Part shown: one piece after another, positions 33,966 to 42,743 of the stretch
How positions within the stretch are numbered: the stretch's first letter is position 1
Layout: every line of letters begins with the position of its first letter
NCBI GenBank assembly: GCA_017481495.1
Contig: JAFUPC010000024.1
Location: 10,790 to 74,789 of the forward strand
Direction: 5' to 3'
DNA from: Clostridia bacterium
GTDB lineage: Bacteria; Bacillota; Clostridia; Oscillospirales; CAG-272
DNA: 64,000 nucleotides
Position numbers and translations under genes: made by a program
The notes under the pieces: generated by a model
The model's input: the letters and a program-made list of their open reading frames with translations, nothing else
What the model was told of the DNA's origin: nothing
Database searches by the model: none

Positions 33966-36815
33966 ATGCGATTCTATACTCTGACCGGCGACCGTGCGCC
34001 GGAGCTTCAAAAGGAACGGGACTTTCTGCGCTTCACGGAGGGGGGTGCTGCGGCGGTTCTGCTTTACTGCCCGAATGTCCTTGCACACGGGAAGCGAATT
34101 TCGTTGGCTGATACTTCTACGGCGGACAACGATGCCGTCCGTACCTTTGCGGTCGGCGGGGTGATTTATGTTCCCGTGACCCTGTTCACAGAACACTTCG
34201 GCGCGGCGTTTGACGGTGCTGTGCTTTCCCGCGAAAACAGAAATTACCCGGTTTCCGGTGAATACCGGACGGGCGGCATTCCGGCGGTTCCGGTGCTTGC
34301 GGCGGCGGATGCACTCGGACTGTCCGCAAAGGCGTATGACGGCGGGCGGTTTGCCGTGGTCGGAGGAGCGGAAGACCTTGCGGTGCTTGACGGGGATGCC
34401 GCGCTCGTTCATGCGGGAATGTATGCGATGTTTGACGAATACGATGCCTCACGCTTCACGCACGAGGACTATAAAAAAGCAAAAGATCACTGGCGGCGCA
34501 AGCTGGTCGGAACTGCGGAAACGAATGACCTCTCAAGTCCCGCCGTTGCCGCCAAGATCGGCTATTTCGAGCGGATGTGCGAAAAGCGCATGGAGACCCT
34601 GAACCGCAAATCCTCTCCCGATGATGCGGATCCCGTGATCCTCTGGGGCGATGCTCCCGCCGTGGAATCCGAGGATGCGACTGCGCAGGCGCGGTATATA
34701 AACGACCTTGCGCGCGGCTGGGCAGCACCCGGCAGTAAATTCTACCATAACGACACCCTGCTTGCCGACATTTTATATGCGCTTGACTGGATGTACCGCC
34801 ATCTCTACGGACAGGCGGAGATCGACGGAACCGGCTGGCGTGACGTGCACATCTTCAACTGGTGGGACTGGTATGTCGGCGTGCCGGAGCATTTGACCGA
34901 CATCATTTTCCTCATCGAGGAGCATCTGACAAAACAGCAGATCAAACAGTATCTCGCGGTGTTTGAATACGTCTACACCTTTATGCGCCACAGGGAAACG
35001 ACCGGGGAGGCGATGAGCCGCATCTGCATCTGCACGAAGGTCGGTCTGGCGCTGGAGGAAGCGGCATATCTGAACCGTGAGGCATACGATTTCGATATTC
35101 TTCTGGAGTTGAACGAAGAAGGCTTCGGCCCGCACGTCGATTATCTCGATTTCACGCACGGAATGCCGTACAACATGGCTTACGGCATCCTGAATCTCGA
35201 CCGGGAGCTGCTCGTTGCCTCCATTCTGTCCGAAACGGCGCTTGCCTATCAGTCGCCGCAGATGTACAATCAGTTTTTGCTGGCAAAATATACGTTTGAA
35301 CCGGCGATGTATCACGGATGCGGCTTTTCGATGTTCCGCGGACGTTCCATCGGTCATGCGGATCTCGGTTCCGGCGTTTCCGTCATGGCGAATCTGCTCC
35401 CAATGATCGGCGTGTTCGGGGAGGATGAAGACCGCTACATAAAGACCATGATCAAGTCACACTGCAAAAATCCCGAATTTGCATCTTCCCTGCGCGGCAG
35501 ATGCTCCTTATACGACTTGGCGGTTTTGGAAGATCTTCTGCGCGATGAAACGATTCCCAATGATAAGAACTACGAATACGCCCACGCCTATTTCACCGGC
35601 GACCGCGCCGTTCAGCACAGAAACAATTATGCCGTCGGCATTGCGATGTCCTCCTCCCGTGAGCCGTCCTATGAAAGCATCAACAGCGCAAACAAAACCG
35701 GCTGGTACACGGGCGACGGCGCGATGTATCTTTACACGACGTATGACGAACACGCATACGACGGATGCAATTTCATCGATAATCTAAACATCGCGTACCG
35801 CTTCCCCGGCACGACCGAGGACGAACGAGAGCGGGTCATCCGCTCCATCCGCAGCACCGAGGCGTGGAATATGCCGACGGATTTCGCCGGTTCGGTTTCG
35901 GTAAAGGAAAAATATCTGACCGCCGCGATGGACTTTGTTTCCTACGATTTCGCCGGCCCCGAAAAAGACATTCCCGACACCGGCTACGGCGGCGGACTTG
36001 CCATTCACCGAAACGACCTGCACGCAAAGAAAGCGTGGTTCTGCTTTGATAAAGAAATCGTTGCGCTCGGCGCGGGTATCACCTCATCAATGGATTCCCC
36101 CGTTGCAACGACCCTTGAACACCGCCGCATCGTGCGCGACGGAGAATTTTCGCAGAGCATCTGTGCCGGGAATCATACCGAAACACTGCCCAAGGAACCG
36201 TACCGCTCAGCGTACAACGATGCCGCATGGCTCTCGATTGCCGGACACGCGGGATTCGTTTTCCTTGAAAAGACAGACATCGAATGTGCGCGCTACAACT
36301 GCGGCGAGGAATACAACAGCGCCAACTGCAAAGGACAGCCGTACATGGAATTCCGCATCCGCCACGGCGAAAACCCGACCGATGCATCGTATGCCTACGC
36401 GGTTCTGCCGTATGCAAACGAATCTGCGCTTACCGCGTACAGCGCATCTCCCGAGGTCACAGTCCTTTCCAACACCCCCGCATTACAGGCCGTGCGGAAA
36501 TCTTCTCTCGGCATGACCGGGTATGCGTTCCACGAACGCGGTGTGTGCGACACCCTTTCTGTTGACACCTCGTGCATCGTCATGGAGGAATGTTCGGGCA
36601 GCATCCGCACTGTCACGATGACCGAGCCGACCCTGAAAGCCCCCCGCGTGACGCTGACCGTCGGCGGCCGGTACCGACTGATTTCCCAAAAGAAGTACGG
36701 CGAGCCTACCGACTACATCTCCGTTGTGTGCGGGGAGAAGGAAACGGTTATCATCTGCGACACGACAAGGGCAAACGGGCGGCCGTTTGAGGTGAAACTG
36801 GAAGTAATTTCCTGA
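33966..36815 (+). CDS. Polysaccharide lyase family 8-like protein (hyaluronate/chondroitin/xanthan lyase fold)
   Basis: 949 aa. NWWDWYVGVPEHLTDIIFLIEEHL resembles the PL8 NWWxxxIGxP block. Also WYTGDGAMYLY and later beta-sandwich-like regions. No signal peptide. Confidence 0.65.
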   Translation: MRFYTLTGDRAPELQKERDFLRFTEGGAAAVLLYCPNVLAHGKRISLADTSTADNDAVRTFAVGGVIYVPVTLFTEHFGAAFDGAVLSRENRNYPVSGEYRTGGIPAVPVLAAADALGLSAKAYDGGRFAVVGGAEDLAVLDGDAALVHAGMYAMFDEYDASRFTHEDYKKAKDHWRRKLVGTAETNDLSSPAVAAKIGYFERMCEKRMETLNRKSSPDDADPVILWGDAPAVESEDATAQARYINDLARGWAAPGSKFYHNDTLLADILYALDWMYRHLYGQAEIDGTGWRDVHIFNWWDWYVGVPEHLTDIIFLIEEHLTKQQIKQYLAVFEYVYTFMRHRETTGEAMSRICICTKVGLALEEAAYLNREAYDFDILLELNEEGFGPHVDYLDFTHGMPYNMAYGILNLDRELLVASILSETALAYQSPQMYNQFLLAKYTFEPAMYHGCGFSMFRGRSIGHADLGSGVSVMANLLPMIGVFGEDEDRYIKTMIKSHCKNPEFASSLRGRCSLYDLAVLEDLLRDETIPNDKNYEYAHAYFTGDRAVQHRNNYAVGIAMSSSREPSYESINSANKTGWYTGDGAMYLYTTYDEHAYDGCNFIDNLNIAYRFPGTTEDERERVIRSIRSTEAWNMPTDFAGSVSVKEKYLTAAMDFVSYDFAGPEKDIPDTGYGGGLAIHRNDLHAKKAWFCFDKEIVALGAGITSSMDSPVATTLEHRRIVRDGEFSQSICAGNHTETLPKEPYRSAYNDAAWLSIAGHAGFVFLEKTDIECARYNCGEEYNSANCKGQPYMEFRIRHGENPTDASYAYAVLPYANESALTAYSASPEVTVLSNTPALQAVRKSSLGMTGYAFHERGVCDTLSVDTSCIVMEECSGSIRTVTMTEPTLKAPRVTLTVGGRYRLISQKKYGEPTDYISVVCGEKETVIICDTTRANGRPFEVKLEVIS

Positions 36816-36967
36816 ATACCATAAAAACACGACAGCCGTTTCCGCGGCTGTTTTGTCTTGCAAACAGGTTCTGGAAGATCTTGGAAGTGAACCAATATCT
36901 GCCGGGAAAATCCTACCCCAAAGCGTTTTTCCAACCGCGACTCGGATTTCCCCCGAACACGCATCGC

Positions 36968-36996
36968 TTTACATTCTCCGGATTTTTTGCTATAAT
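36968..36996 (+). promoter_or_regulatory. Promoter of XRE-TPR regulator gene
   Basis: TTTACA, 17-nt spacer, then TATAAT. Confidence 0.6.
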
Positions 36997-37037
36997 ATAA
37001 TCACCGGCCGGAAGAACAACAGAAAGGAATCACAACC

Positions 37038-38147
37038 ATGACAACCACAACACAGAACACCCTCTCGCAGGTCGTAAGAGAAAACCGCCGCAGACTGTCG
37101 CTGACGCAGGAGGAGCTGGCAGAACGGCTCGGGGTCACATCGCAGGCGGTCTCGAAATGGGAAACGGGCGCGGCGATGCCGGACATTACGCTTCTGCCGG
37201 TGCTTGCCAACTTTTTCTCCGTTTCGACCGACACCCTGCTCGGCGTGGATATTCACAAAAAAGAGGAACAGGTGAATGAAATTCTCGCCGAATACGGTCG
37301 TCTTGCGAATCTCGGCATGGAAAAAGAGAAATTCGACCTCATCTGCCGCGCTTATCGGGCATATCCGGGCGAAAACCGGATTGTCGAAAAATACATCTGG
37401 GGGCTGTGCTACGACCCGTATCACGGCGGCAGCGGTCTGCTTGCGCACGAAGAGGAACTGCTTTCCGTCTGCGGGCGGATCTTAAATGAATGTGTGGACG
37501 ACGAAGTGCGCTACTCGGCGGTCTCCGTTCTCTGCGGACTGTACCGGGACAAGGGCGACCTTGCGCGCGCGGAGGAAATGCTCTCCCGGCTTCCCGCGGA
37601 AATGCAGGGCGAGGAACGCGAATGCTTGTTTGCCCGCGGTGACACGCGCTGGTGGGACGCCATCCGCCGGAACGTGGTTTCCATTGTGGAAACGCTGACG
37701 GTCAAACTGCGCAACGAAGCACTTTTATCCACAGTCTCTCCCAAAGAACAGATCACACTGCTTGAAAAGGCCGTTTCACTCCTTATGCTGATCTACGACG
37801 ACGGCGATTATGGGTTTTCGCATTATCATCTGACGGAGCTGTACCACTGGATCGCCAACCGGTACCGCATGACAGGAGACGATGAAGCCGCCGCGAAGTA
37901 CCTGCGTCTCGGCTTTGCACACGCAAAGCAGTACGACAGCCTGCCCCCCGTGGTGATTCACACATCCCACGCCGTGCGCGGCGTGGTCTTCCGGCGGGCG
38001 GACGTGTCAAGCGGCTTCACCTGCAATCTGGTCAAACGGGAGCTGGATTATCTTTCCGCGTGGGAATGCTATGACGGCGTGCGGGAGGCGCCGTGGTATC
38101 GGGAAATCGTGGAAGAATTTGCGCCGTTCGGGAAAGATGGGAAATAA
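37038..38147 (+). CDS. XRE-family HTH regulator with large helical-repeat C-terminal domain (RRNPP-like architecture)
   Basis: LSQVVRENRRRLSLTQEELAERLGVTSQAVSKWETG HTH followed by about 300 aa predicted helical repeats. The HTH is paralogous to the 28070 gene. Confidence 0.8.
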   Translation: MTTTTQNTLSQVVRENRRRLSLTQEELAERLGVTSQAVSKWETGAAMPDITLLPVLANFFSVSTDTLLGVDIHKKEEQVNEILAEYGRLANLGMEKEKFDLICRAYRAYPGENRIVEKYIWGLCYDPYHGGSGLLAHEEELLSVCGRILNECVDDEVRYSAVSVLCGLYRDKGDLARAEEMLSRLPAEMQGEERECLFARGDTRWWDAIRRNVVSIVETLTVKLRNEALLSTVSPKEQITLLEKAVSLLMLIYDDGDYGFSHYHLTELYHWIANRYRMTGDDEAAAKYLRLGFAHAKQYDSLPPVVIHTSHAVRGVVFRRADVSSGFTCNLVKRELDYLSAWECYDGVREAPWYREIVEEFAPFGKDGK

Positions 38148-38166
38148 TTCGGCATTATGCGCAATG

Positions 38167-38200
38167 GGGACATCCTTCGAGGTGTCCCTTTCGTTTTGTT
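38167..38200 (+). terminator. Rho-independent terminator after XRE-TPR gene
   Basis: GGGACATC-n6-GGTGTCCC followed by TTTCGTTTTGTT. Confidence 0.7.
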
Positions 38201-38263
38201 GCACAAATCCATGAGTGCTTTTTTGTATAAAATGCCGAATTGGAATTATTTTTCTCAAAAATA

Positions 38264-38292
38264 TTGACATTTTATGTGAAGTCTGTTATAAT
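38264..38292 (+). promoter_or_regulatory. Consensus promoter of the secreted-protein/DUF5050/permease cluster
   Basis: TTGACA, 17-nt spacer, then TATAAT (TGt upstream); followed by a roughly 240-nt AT-rich leader. Confidence 0.65.
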
Positions 38293-38533
38293 AGAAACAG
38301 AAACATAAAAAGGAATGTTTTCCAAACCGATTTTTTCGGTGCGGGATGCAAATATATCATCCGCGAAACAAAGAGGTGATGCTCGACAGTACAACAATCA
38401 CCCTATGAAACATATGACTTTTTAGTGCATGGCATTTTTATATCCGAAGTTTGCATAGGTTGATTACCATCAATCTATGCGTTTGTTGTTTTTACAACAA
38501 AAAGACACAAGTCAAGAAAAACGAGGTACAAAA

Positions 38534-38965
38534 ATGCAAAAGAAAAAACTCATCGCCGCCATCACGGCAATCGCACTCACCGCGGCAACTCCGCTTGCCA
38601 TCCATGCGTATCAGGTAGCCACAACCGGTTCCTTAACTCTTGGAACAACAACAATGAGCGGTTATCTTTACCGTTCCAGTTCCTCCACCTATGTATTTTC
38701 GGCAGAGACAAGAATTGCTTCGCAGCCTTACGATTCCGCATCGCTGTCTGCAACCGTGCAAGTCTTCCCGTATGATGGATCTACAGTTGCACCTGTTTCT
38801 GCATCAACCTCCAAAGAGCAAAAAATTGCAGTCACAACAGGAACCACGAGTACCGATAACGCGTCCTCCGCATCTGGCACCCACACGGTTACATTCTACT
38901 ACGATGGTACTACCACGTTAAGCAAGACCGAATCCACATCATGGAGTAAATCAAATAACAATTGA
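38534..38965 (+). CDS. Small secreted Ser/Thr-rich protein, unknown function
   Basis: Signal peptide MQKKKLIAAITAIALTAATPLAIHA. Mature part of about 117 aa is more than one third S/T. Lower GC than surroundings. Confidence 0.55.
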   Translation: MQKKKLIAAITAIALTAATPLAIHAYQVATTGSLTLGTTTMSGYLYRSSSSTYVFSAETRIASQPYDSASLSATVQVFPYDGSTVAPVSASTSKEQKIAVTTGTTSTDNASSASGTHTVTFYYDGTTTLSKTESTSWSKSNNN

Positions 38966-38998
38966 TTTTCCATGTCATAAAAATCTTAAGGTAAGTGG

Positions 38999-39032
38999 TA
39001 TCGAACAATCTGTTCAGACAGATTGTTCGATA
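38999..39032 (+). other. Perfect 14-bp-stem intercistronic hairpin without U-tract
   Basis: TATCGAACAATCTG-TTCAGA-CAGATTGTTCGATA, between the secreted-protein stop (38965) and the lipoprotein ATG (39046). Confidence 0.8.
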
Positions 39033-39045
39033 CTCCATTATTAAA

Positions 39046-40278
39046 ATGAAAAAATATTTTTTGTTGATTTTCGTAGTGTTTGCTTTATCTTCATGTACCC
39101 ACCCCGACTCTCTTCCGGACGATTACAACTCCTCGATTACAATCGAACCTGCTTTCTATCTGCAATATGCCACCCAAGAATTTTCCTATCACACCTCCGA
39201 CGATGACAGCAAAACCGTTTCTCAAGGGCAAAAATACGATGCGTTCAGTCATCTGATGATTTACAACGGTTATCTGTATGCGTACCCATATACCACGATG
39301 TACCGCATCAATCCGGAAAACGGGAATATCACAACCGTTTGCACAGACCCGCTGTGTACGCATTCCAATATTGAATGTCCGTTTTTCGATGTGGACTTTT
39401 CATCATTTCAAATTGTGGACAACGCCGTGTATTTTGTCGGAAACAATACAACGCGGAATCCCGGCAAAGCAGGATTCACCTATTACCTGTACGACATTGC
39501 CGCCGGAACGTCTGAAACCGTAAACGCGCCGCATTCCGAGGATACCTTGCGCATCAACAATCCCGTCATTACCGACGATGGATGGTTTTATTACTATGAT
39601 TGCCTGTATGACGACGACAAGAAAGACTATCAGTATTTCATCCGTAAATATTCCCTGAAAACGGGGGAAGATAAAATCGTCCTTGAACCGGACGATTTCA
39701 GCACCACGCTGATTGACGAAATCGACGGGGAACTGTACTATCTGGACGGAATCGGTCTCGGCACATTCGACCCGGAAACCGGGGAAAAAACGCAGTTGTA
39801 CGACGGTTTCGCCGGAAACGCCGGATATGATGACGAATATTTCTATTTCCGCGACCGCGACAACTGCTTATACCGTCTTCCGATTGGTTCCGCCGAAGCC
39901 GAACGACTGACCGACTTCGGCGTGGAACAGTATTATATCACCGACAAGTATCTTTATTACAAAAAACAGGAAACCAACATCATCGGTTATTACGAAGACG
40001 GTACGCCCGCTGACATCGGCAGTCAGCAAATCTGGCGCATGAACAAGGACGGAACATCGCCGGAGCTTGTCTGGGAATTTACCGGGGCGTTATCCTGCAT
40101 GAACGTCGATAACTTTGCGGTACTCGGTGATTATATTTATTCCAAATTCTATTACTGGGACGATGCGCAGAAACACTACATCGAAAGCCAGAACGCCGGC
40201 GACAACGGCGGGAATATTTATCTCATGCGCGTTGACATCGAGAACCAAGAACTCTACTTTTTCAATCTGACGGAATGA
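39046..40278 (+). CDS. DUF5050-like beta-propeller lipoprotein
   Basis: Lipobox FVVFALSSCTH. Y/D/N-rich with reiterated LY(Y/R)..xxDG motifs (IWRMNKDGTSPELV, LYRLPIGSAEAERL). GC clearly below the window average. Confidence 0.6.
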   Translation: MKKYFLLIFVVFALSSCTHPDSLPDDYNSSITIEPAFYLQYATQEFSYHTSDDDSKTVSQGQKYDAFSHLMIYNGYLYAYPYTTMYRINPENGNITTVCTDPLCTHSNIECPFFDVDFSSFQIVDNAVYFVGNNTTRNPGKAGFTYYLYDIAAGTSETVNAPHSEDTLRINNPVITDDGWFYYYDCLYDDDKKDYQYFIRKYSLKTGEDKIVLEPDDFSTTLIDEIDGELYYLDGIGLGTFDPETGEKTQLYDGFAGNAGYDDEYFYFRDRDNCLYRLPIGSAEAERLTDFGVEQYYITDKYLYYKKQETNIIGYYEDGTPADIGSQQIWRMNKDGTSPELVWEFTGALSCMNVDNFAVLGDYIYSKFYYWDDAQKHYIESQNAGDNGGNIYLMRVDIENQELYFFNLTE

Positions 40279-40279
40279 T

Positions 40280-42688
40280 ATGCTCTCCTACGAACTCCGA
40301 AAACTCTTCTCTCCCCGCTGGCTTCGGGTGCTTGTCGTTGTTTTCCTTTTGCTGAACGCGGTGCTGTGCCTGTATACCACCCGTTACGCGGACGAATCCG
40401 TGCCGGATGACGACGTTTTGTCGCTGTTTGCGTGGGCGGCGGAAGATGCGGCGGGGGTACAGGCGGCGTATGCGGAAATCCGCGCGGAACAGGAAGCGGC
40501 GGATGCGCTGTGGCAGGAACAGATGCAGGCGGGGAATTACGACTACGAACCGCCCGTTCCCCCGAACCGCTACGTCACCGACGACCGTTACACGGACGCA
40601 CAGCTGTTTGCCGTTCTCTACCGCCACATCGACGCCATTCAATCCTACGACGGAACGGTCTCCGCCGTCATCCGCCAGGCGGAACGGAATCTGACCGAAT
40701 TTGACGCGATGGGCATTGCCCCCGATGCGTTCGTCTGCAAACTGCAGAACCGCAACATCGCGGTTTATTCCGCGCTTCTTGACACCGTGGAAATCGGATT
40801 TGAATACATCCGCGGCTGGGACACCTATCTGACCTACGGCACGGGCAATCTGTGCATGGCGGCGGTACTGCTGCTGTTCGCCTCCGTTCTGTTCACGGAA
40901 GAAGAACGGTGCGGCATTCTGCCGCTTCTGCGCACCTGCCGCCGCGGCAGAGGGGAAACCGCCCGGTGGAAGCTGCTTGCGCTGTTCGTCGTGACGGTGA
41001 GCACCGTTCTGGTGTTTTCCCTGGAATCGTTTGCCGTGTTCGGTCTGCGGCTCGGATATTCCAGTCCGTTCAACGTCGTGCAGGCGGTCGGGCTGTTCGC
41101 TCTGTGCCCGTATGCGATCAACATTCTGACGTATGCGGTTCTGCAGGTGTTTCTGCGCTGTCTTGTTCTGTTTGCGTTTGCGCTTGCCGTTGCGCTTATC
41201 AGCGTATTCTCTTATCATTACGCCGTCGTTTACGTCGGGGGACTTGGGATTCTCGGCGTGAACGTGCTTCTGGACGGGATTCTTTCCCTGAACGCCGATG
41301 CGCCCGCGAAGCTGCTCAATCTGCTCTCCGCCGCGGATACCACCGCCTTTTTTGAACGTCTGCGCGTGTCCGACGTGTTCGGCGCCGCCGTTGACACCGT
41401 TTGGCTTGCGGTCGCGGGGTACACGCTCGTTTCCCTTTTGTTTGGCATCGGCATTGTCGTAAAATTTATGCACAGTGCCGCAGCGGTACGGATTATATTG
41501 CCCGCATGGGCGGTTTCGCTTCGGCAGCGGTTTGCTTTTTTGAGGGAGCATTTTTCCCGGTTTCGTTTGCATTTTCCCGCCCGGGCGGCAAAAAAAGCAC
41601 CGCGCAGGTCGCTCTTTGGCTGGGAATGGCACAAAATGCTCATCGCGGCGCGCGTTCTGCCCGTGATTTTGCTTCTGTTCTGCGTGCGGTGCGCGTTGTC
41701 GGCAGATGCGGCGGACGTGACGCAGACGTTTTCCGATGCGGTTTACGAAGATTACATGACCCGCTGGCAAGGGGAGCTGACCGACACCGCCCGTGCGGAA
41801 ATCGCCGCCGAGCGCGCGTACATAAGCGAAACCCTGTCGGAGGAAACGGAAGTGCGCCTTTCGTATCTCGACGGGGAAATCTCCTACGACGAATACGCCG
41901 CGTGGCTGGTCGAATACAATTACGCCTTTACCCACGCGGAGCTGTTTTGCGAAATCGAAGACCACGTTTTGTATGTGGATCGGATGGCGGCGGCGGGATA
42001 CGGTGCGTGGTTTGTGTACGACACCGGTTGGGAAGCGCTGTTGTTTTCCGACTTTGATTTCACGCTGTATGCGGCGTTTCTGCTTCTGTTCGCCGGTGTT
42101 TTCGCGGTGGAATACGACACGTCCTCCTCAAACGGCGGCTTCTCGCAGATTCTGCGCTGTGCCAGACACGGCCGCCGCGCGACATTCCGCGCAAAATATT
42201 CCGCCGCAATAGTGGCATCGCTGTGTTTTTCCGTGTTGTGGAATGTGGCGGACATTGCGTTTGTTTCATTGGCATACCCGTTTCCCTCGCCCAATGCACC
42301 GGTTCTGTCGCTGGAATCCTGCGCATCCCTTGCCGCTTCCCATTCTCCGCTTGCCGCGTTTGCGGCGGATATGAGCATTGCCGGATTCTTTGCGCTGGTT
42401 CTGCTTCTGCGGATACTGTCGTCCGTTTTACTTGCGGTTCTCTTGTGTGCGCTTTCCGCACTTCTGCGCCGGTTGATCTCCGTGCTTGCAACGGCGATGC
42501 TTCTGACCGTTTTCCCGGCACTCTTGTCGTATTTTGGGTTTTCCTCGCTGTCGTTTCTTGATTTTACGGCGCTTTTGCGGGGGCATACGGCACTCTTGTC
42601 GCATACCCGACCGGAGCTTCTGCTTTTGGGGTGCGTGACCGTCTGCGTTTTTCTGTCCGGTGCCGCGTATCGGAGATTTTGTAAATAA
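40280..42688 (+). CDS. Tandem-fused ABC-2-type permease-like membrane protein (2 x about 6 TM)
   Basis: 802 aa. Two similar modules (aa 1-400 and 445-802), each with an N-terminal TM, a roughly 150-aa loop and five clustered TMs. Start lies 1 nt after the upstream stop. No ATPase gene nearby. Confidence 0.6.
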   Translation: MLSYELRKLFSPRWLRVLVVVFLLLNAVLCLYTTRYADESVPDDDVLSLFAWAAEDAAGVQAAYAEIRAEQEAADALWQEQMQAGNYDYEPPVPPNRYVTDDRYTDAQLFAVLYRHIDAIQSYDGTVSAVIRQAERNLTEFDAMGIAPDAFVCKLQNRNIAVYSALLDTVEIGFEYIRGWDTYLTYGTGNLCMAAVLLLFASVLFTEEERCGILPLLRTCRRGRGETARWKLLALFVVTVSTVLVFSLESFAVFGLRLGYSSPFNVVQAVGLFALCPYAINILTYAVLQVFLRCLVLFAFALAVALISVFSYHYAVVYVGGLGILGVNVLLDGILSLNADAPAKLLNLLSAADTTAFFERLRVSDVFGAAVDTVWLAVAGYTLVSLLFGIGIVVKFMHSAAAVRIILPAWAVSLRQRFAFLREHFSRFRLHFPARAAKKAPRRSLFGWEWHKMLIAARVLPVILLLFCVRCALSADAADVTQTFSDAVYEDYMTRWQGELTDTARAEIAAERAYISETLSEETEVRLSYLDGEISYDEYAAWLVEYNYAFTHAELFCEIEDHVLYVDRMAAAGYGAWFVYDTGWEALLFSDFDFTLYAAFLLLFAGVFAVEYDTSSSNGGFSQILRCARHGRRATFRAKYSAAIVASLCFSVLWNVADIAFVSLAYPFPSPNAPVLSLESCASLAASHSPLAAFAADMSIAGFFALVLLLRILSSVLLAVLLCALSALLRRLISVLATAMLLTVFPALLSYFGFSSLSFLDFTALLRGHTALLSHTRPELLLLGCVTVCVFLSGAAYRRFCK

Positions 42689-42695
42689 TAGAATT

Positions 42696-42743
42696 CCGTC
42701 CCCGGTATGCGTTTATGGCAGATGGGGACGGCTGTGTTTTTTA
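42696..42743. terminator. Hairpin terminator between convergent genes
   Basis: CCGTCCCC-n20-GGGGACGG followed by CTGTGTTTTTTA; A-rich on the other side. Confidence 0.65.

Noticed and set aside
38320-38424. A 34-codon ORF (MFSKPIFSVRDANISSAKQRGDARQYNNHPMKHMTF) and smaller ORFs in the 38.3-kb leader as candidate signalling propeptides for the XRE-TPR regulator.
   Set aside because: The AGGA lies directly against the ATG with no spacer. There is no hydrophobic signal-like segment and no conservation evidence available, so it is not called.
38150-40280. The lower-GC stretch as proof of recent horizontal transfer or a mobile element.
   Set aside because: There are no flanking repeats or mobility genes, and the last low-GC gene is translationally coupled to a normal-GC gene. 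The Y/N/D/K/S/T-rich amino-acid composition of the two proteins explains much of the drop. It is kept only as context within the cluster finding.
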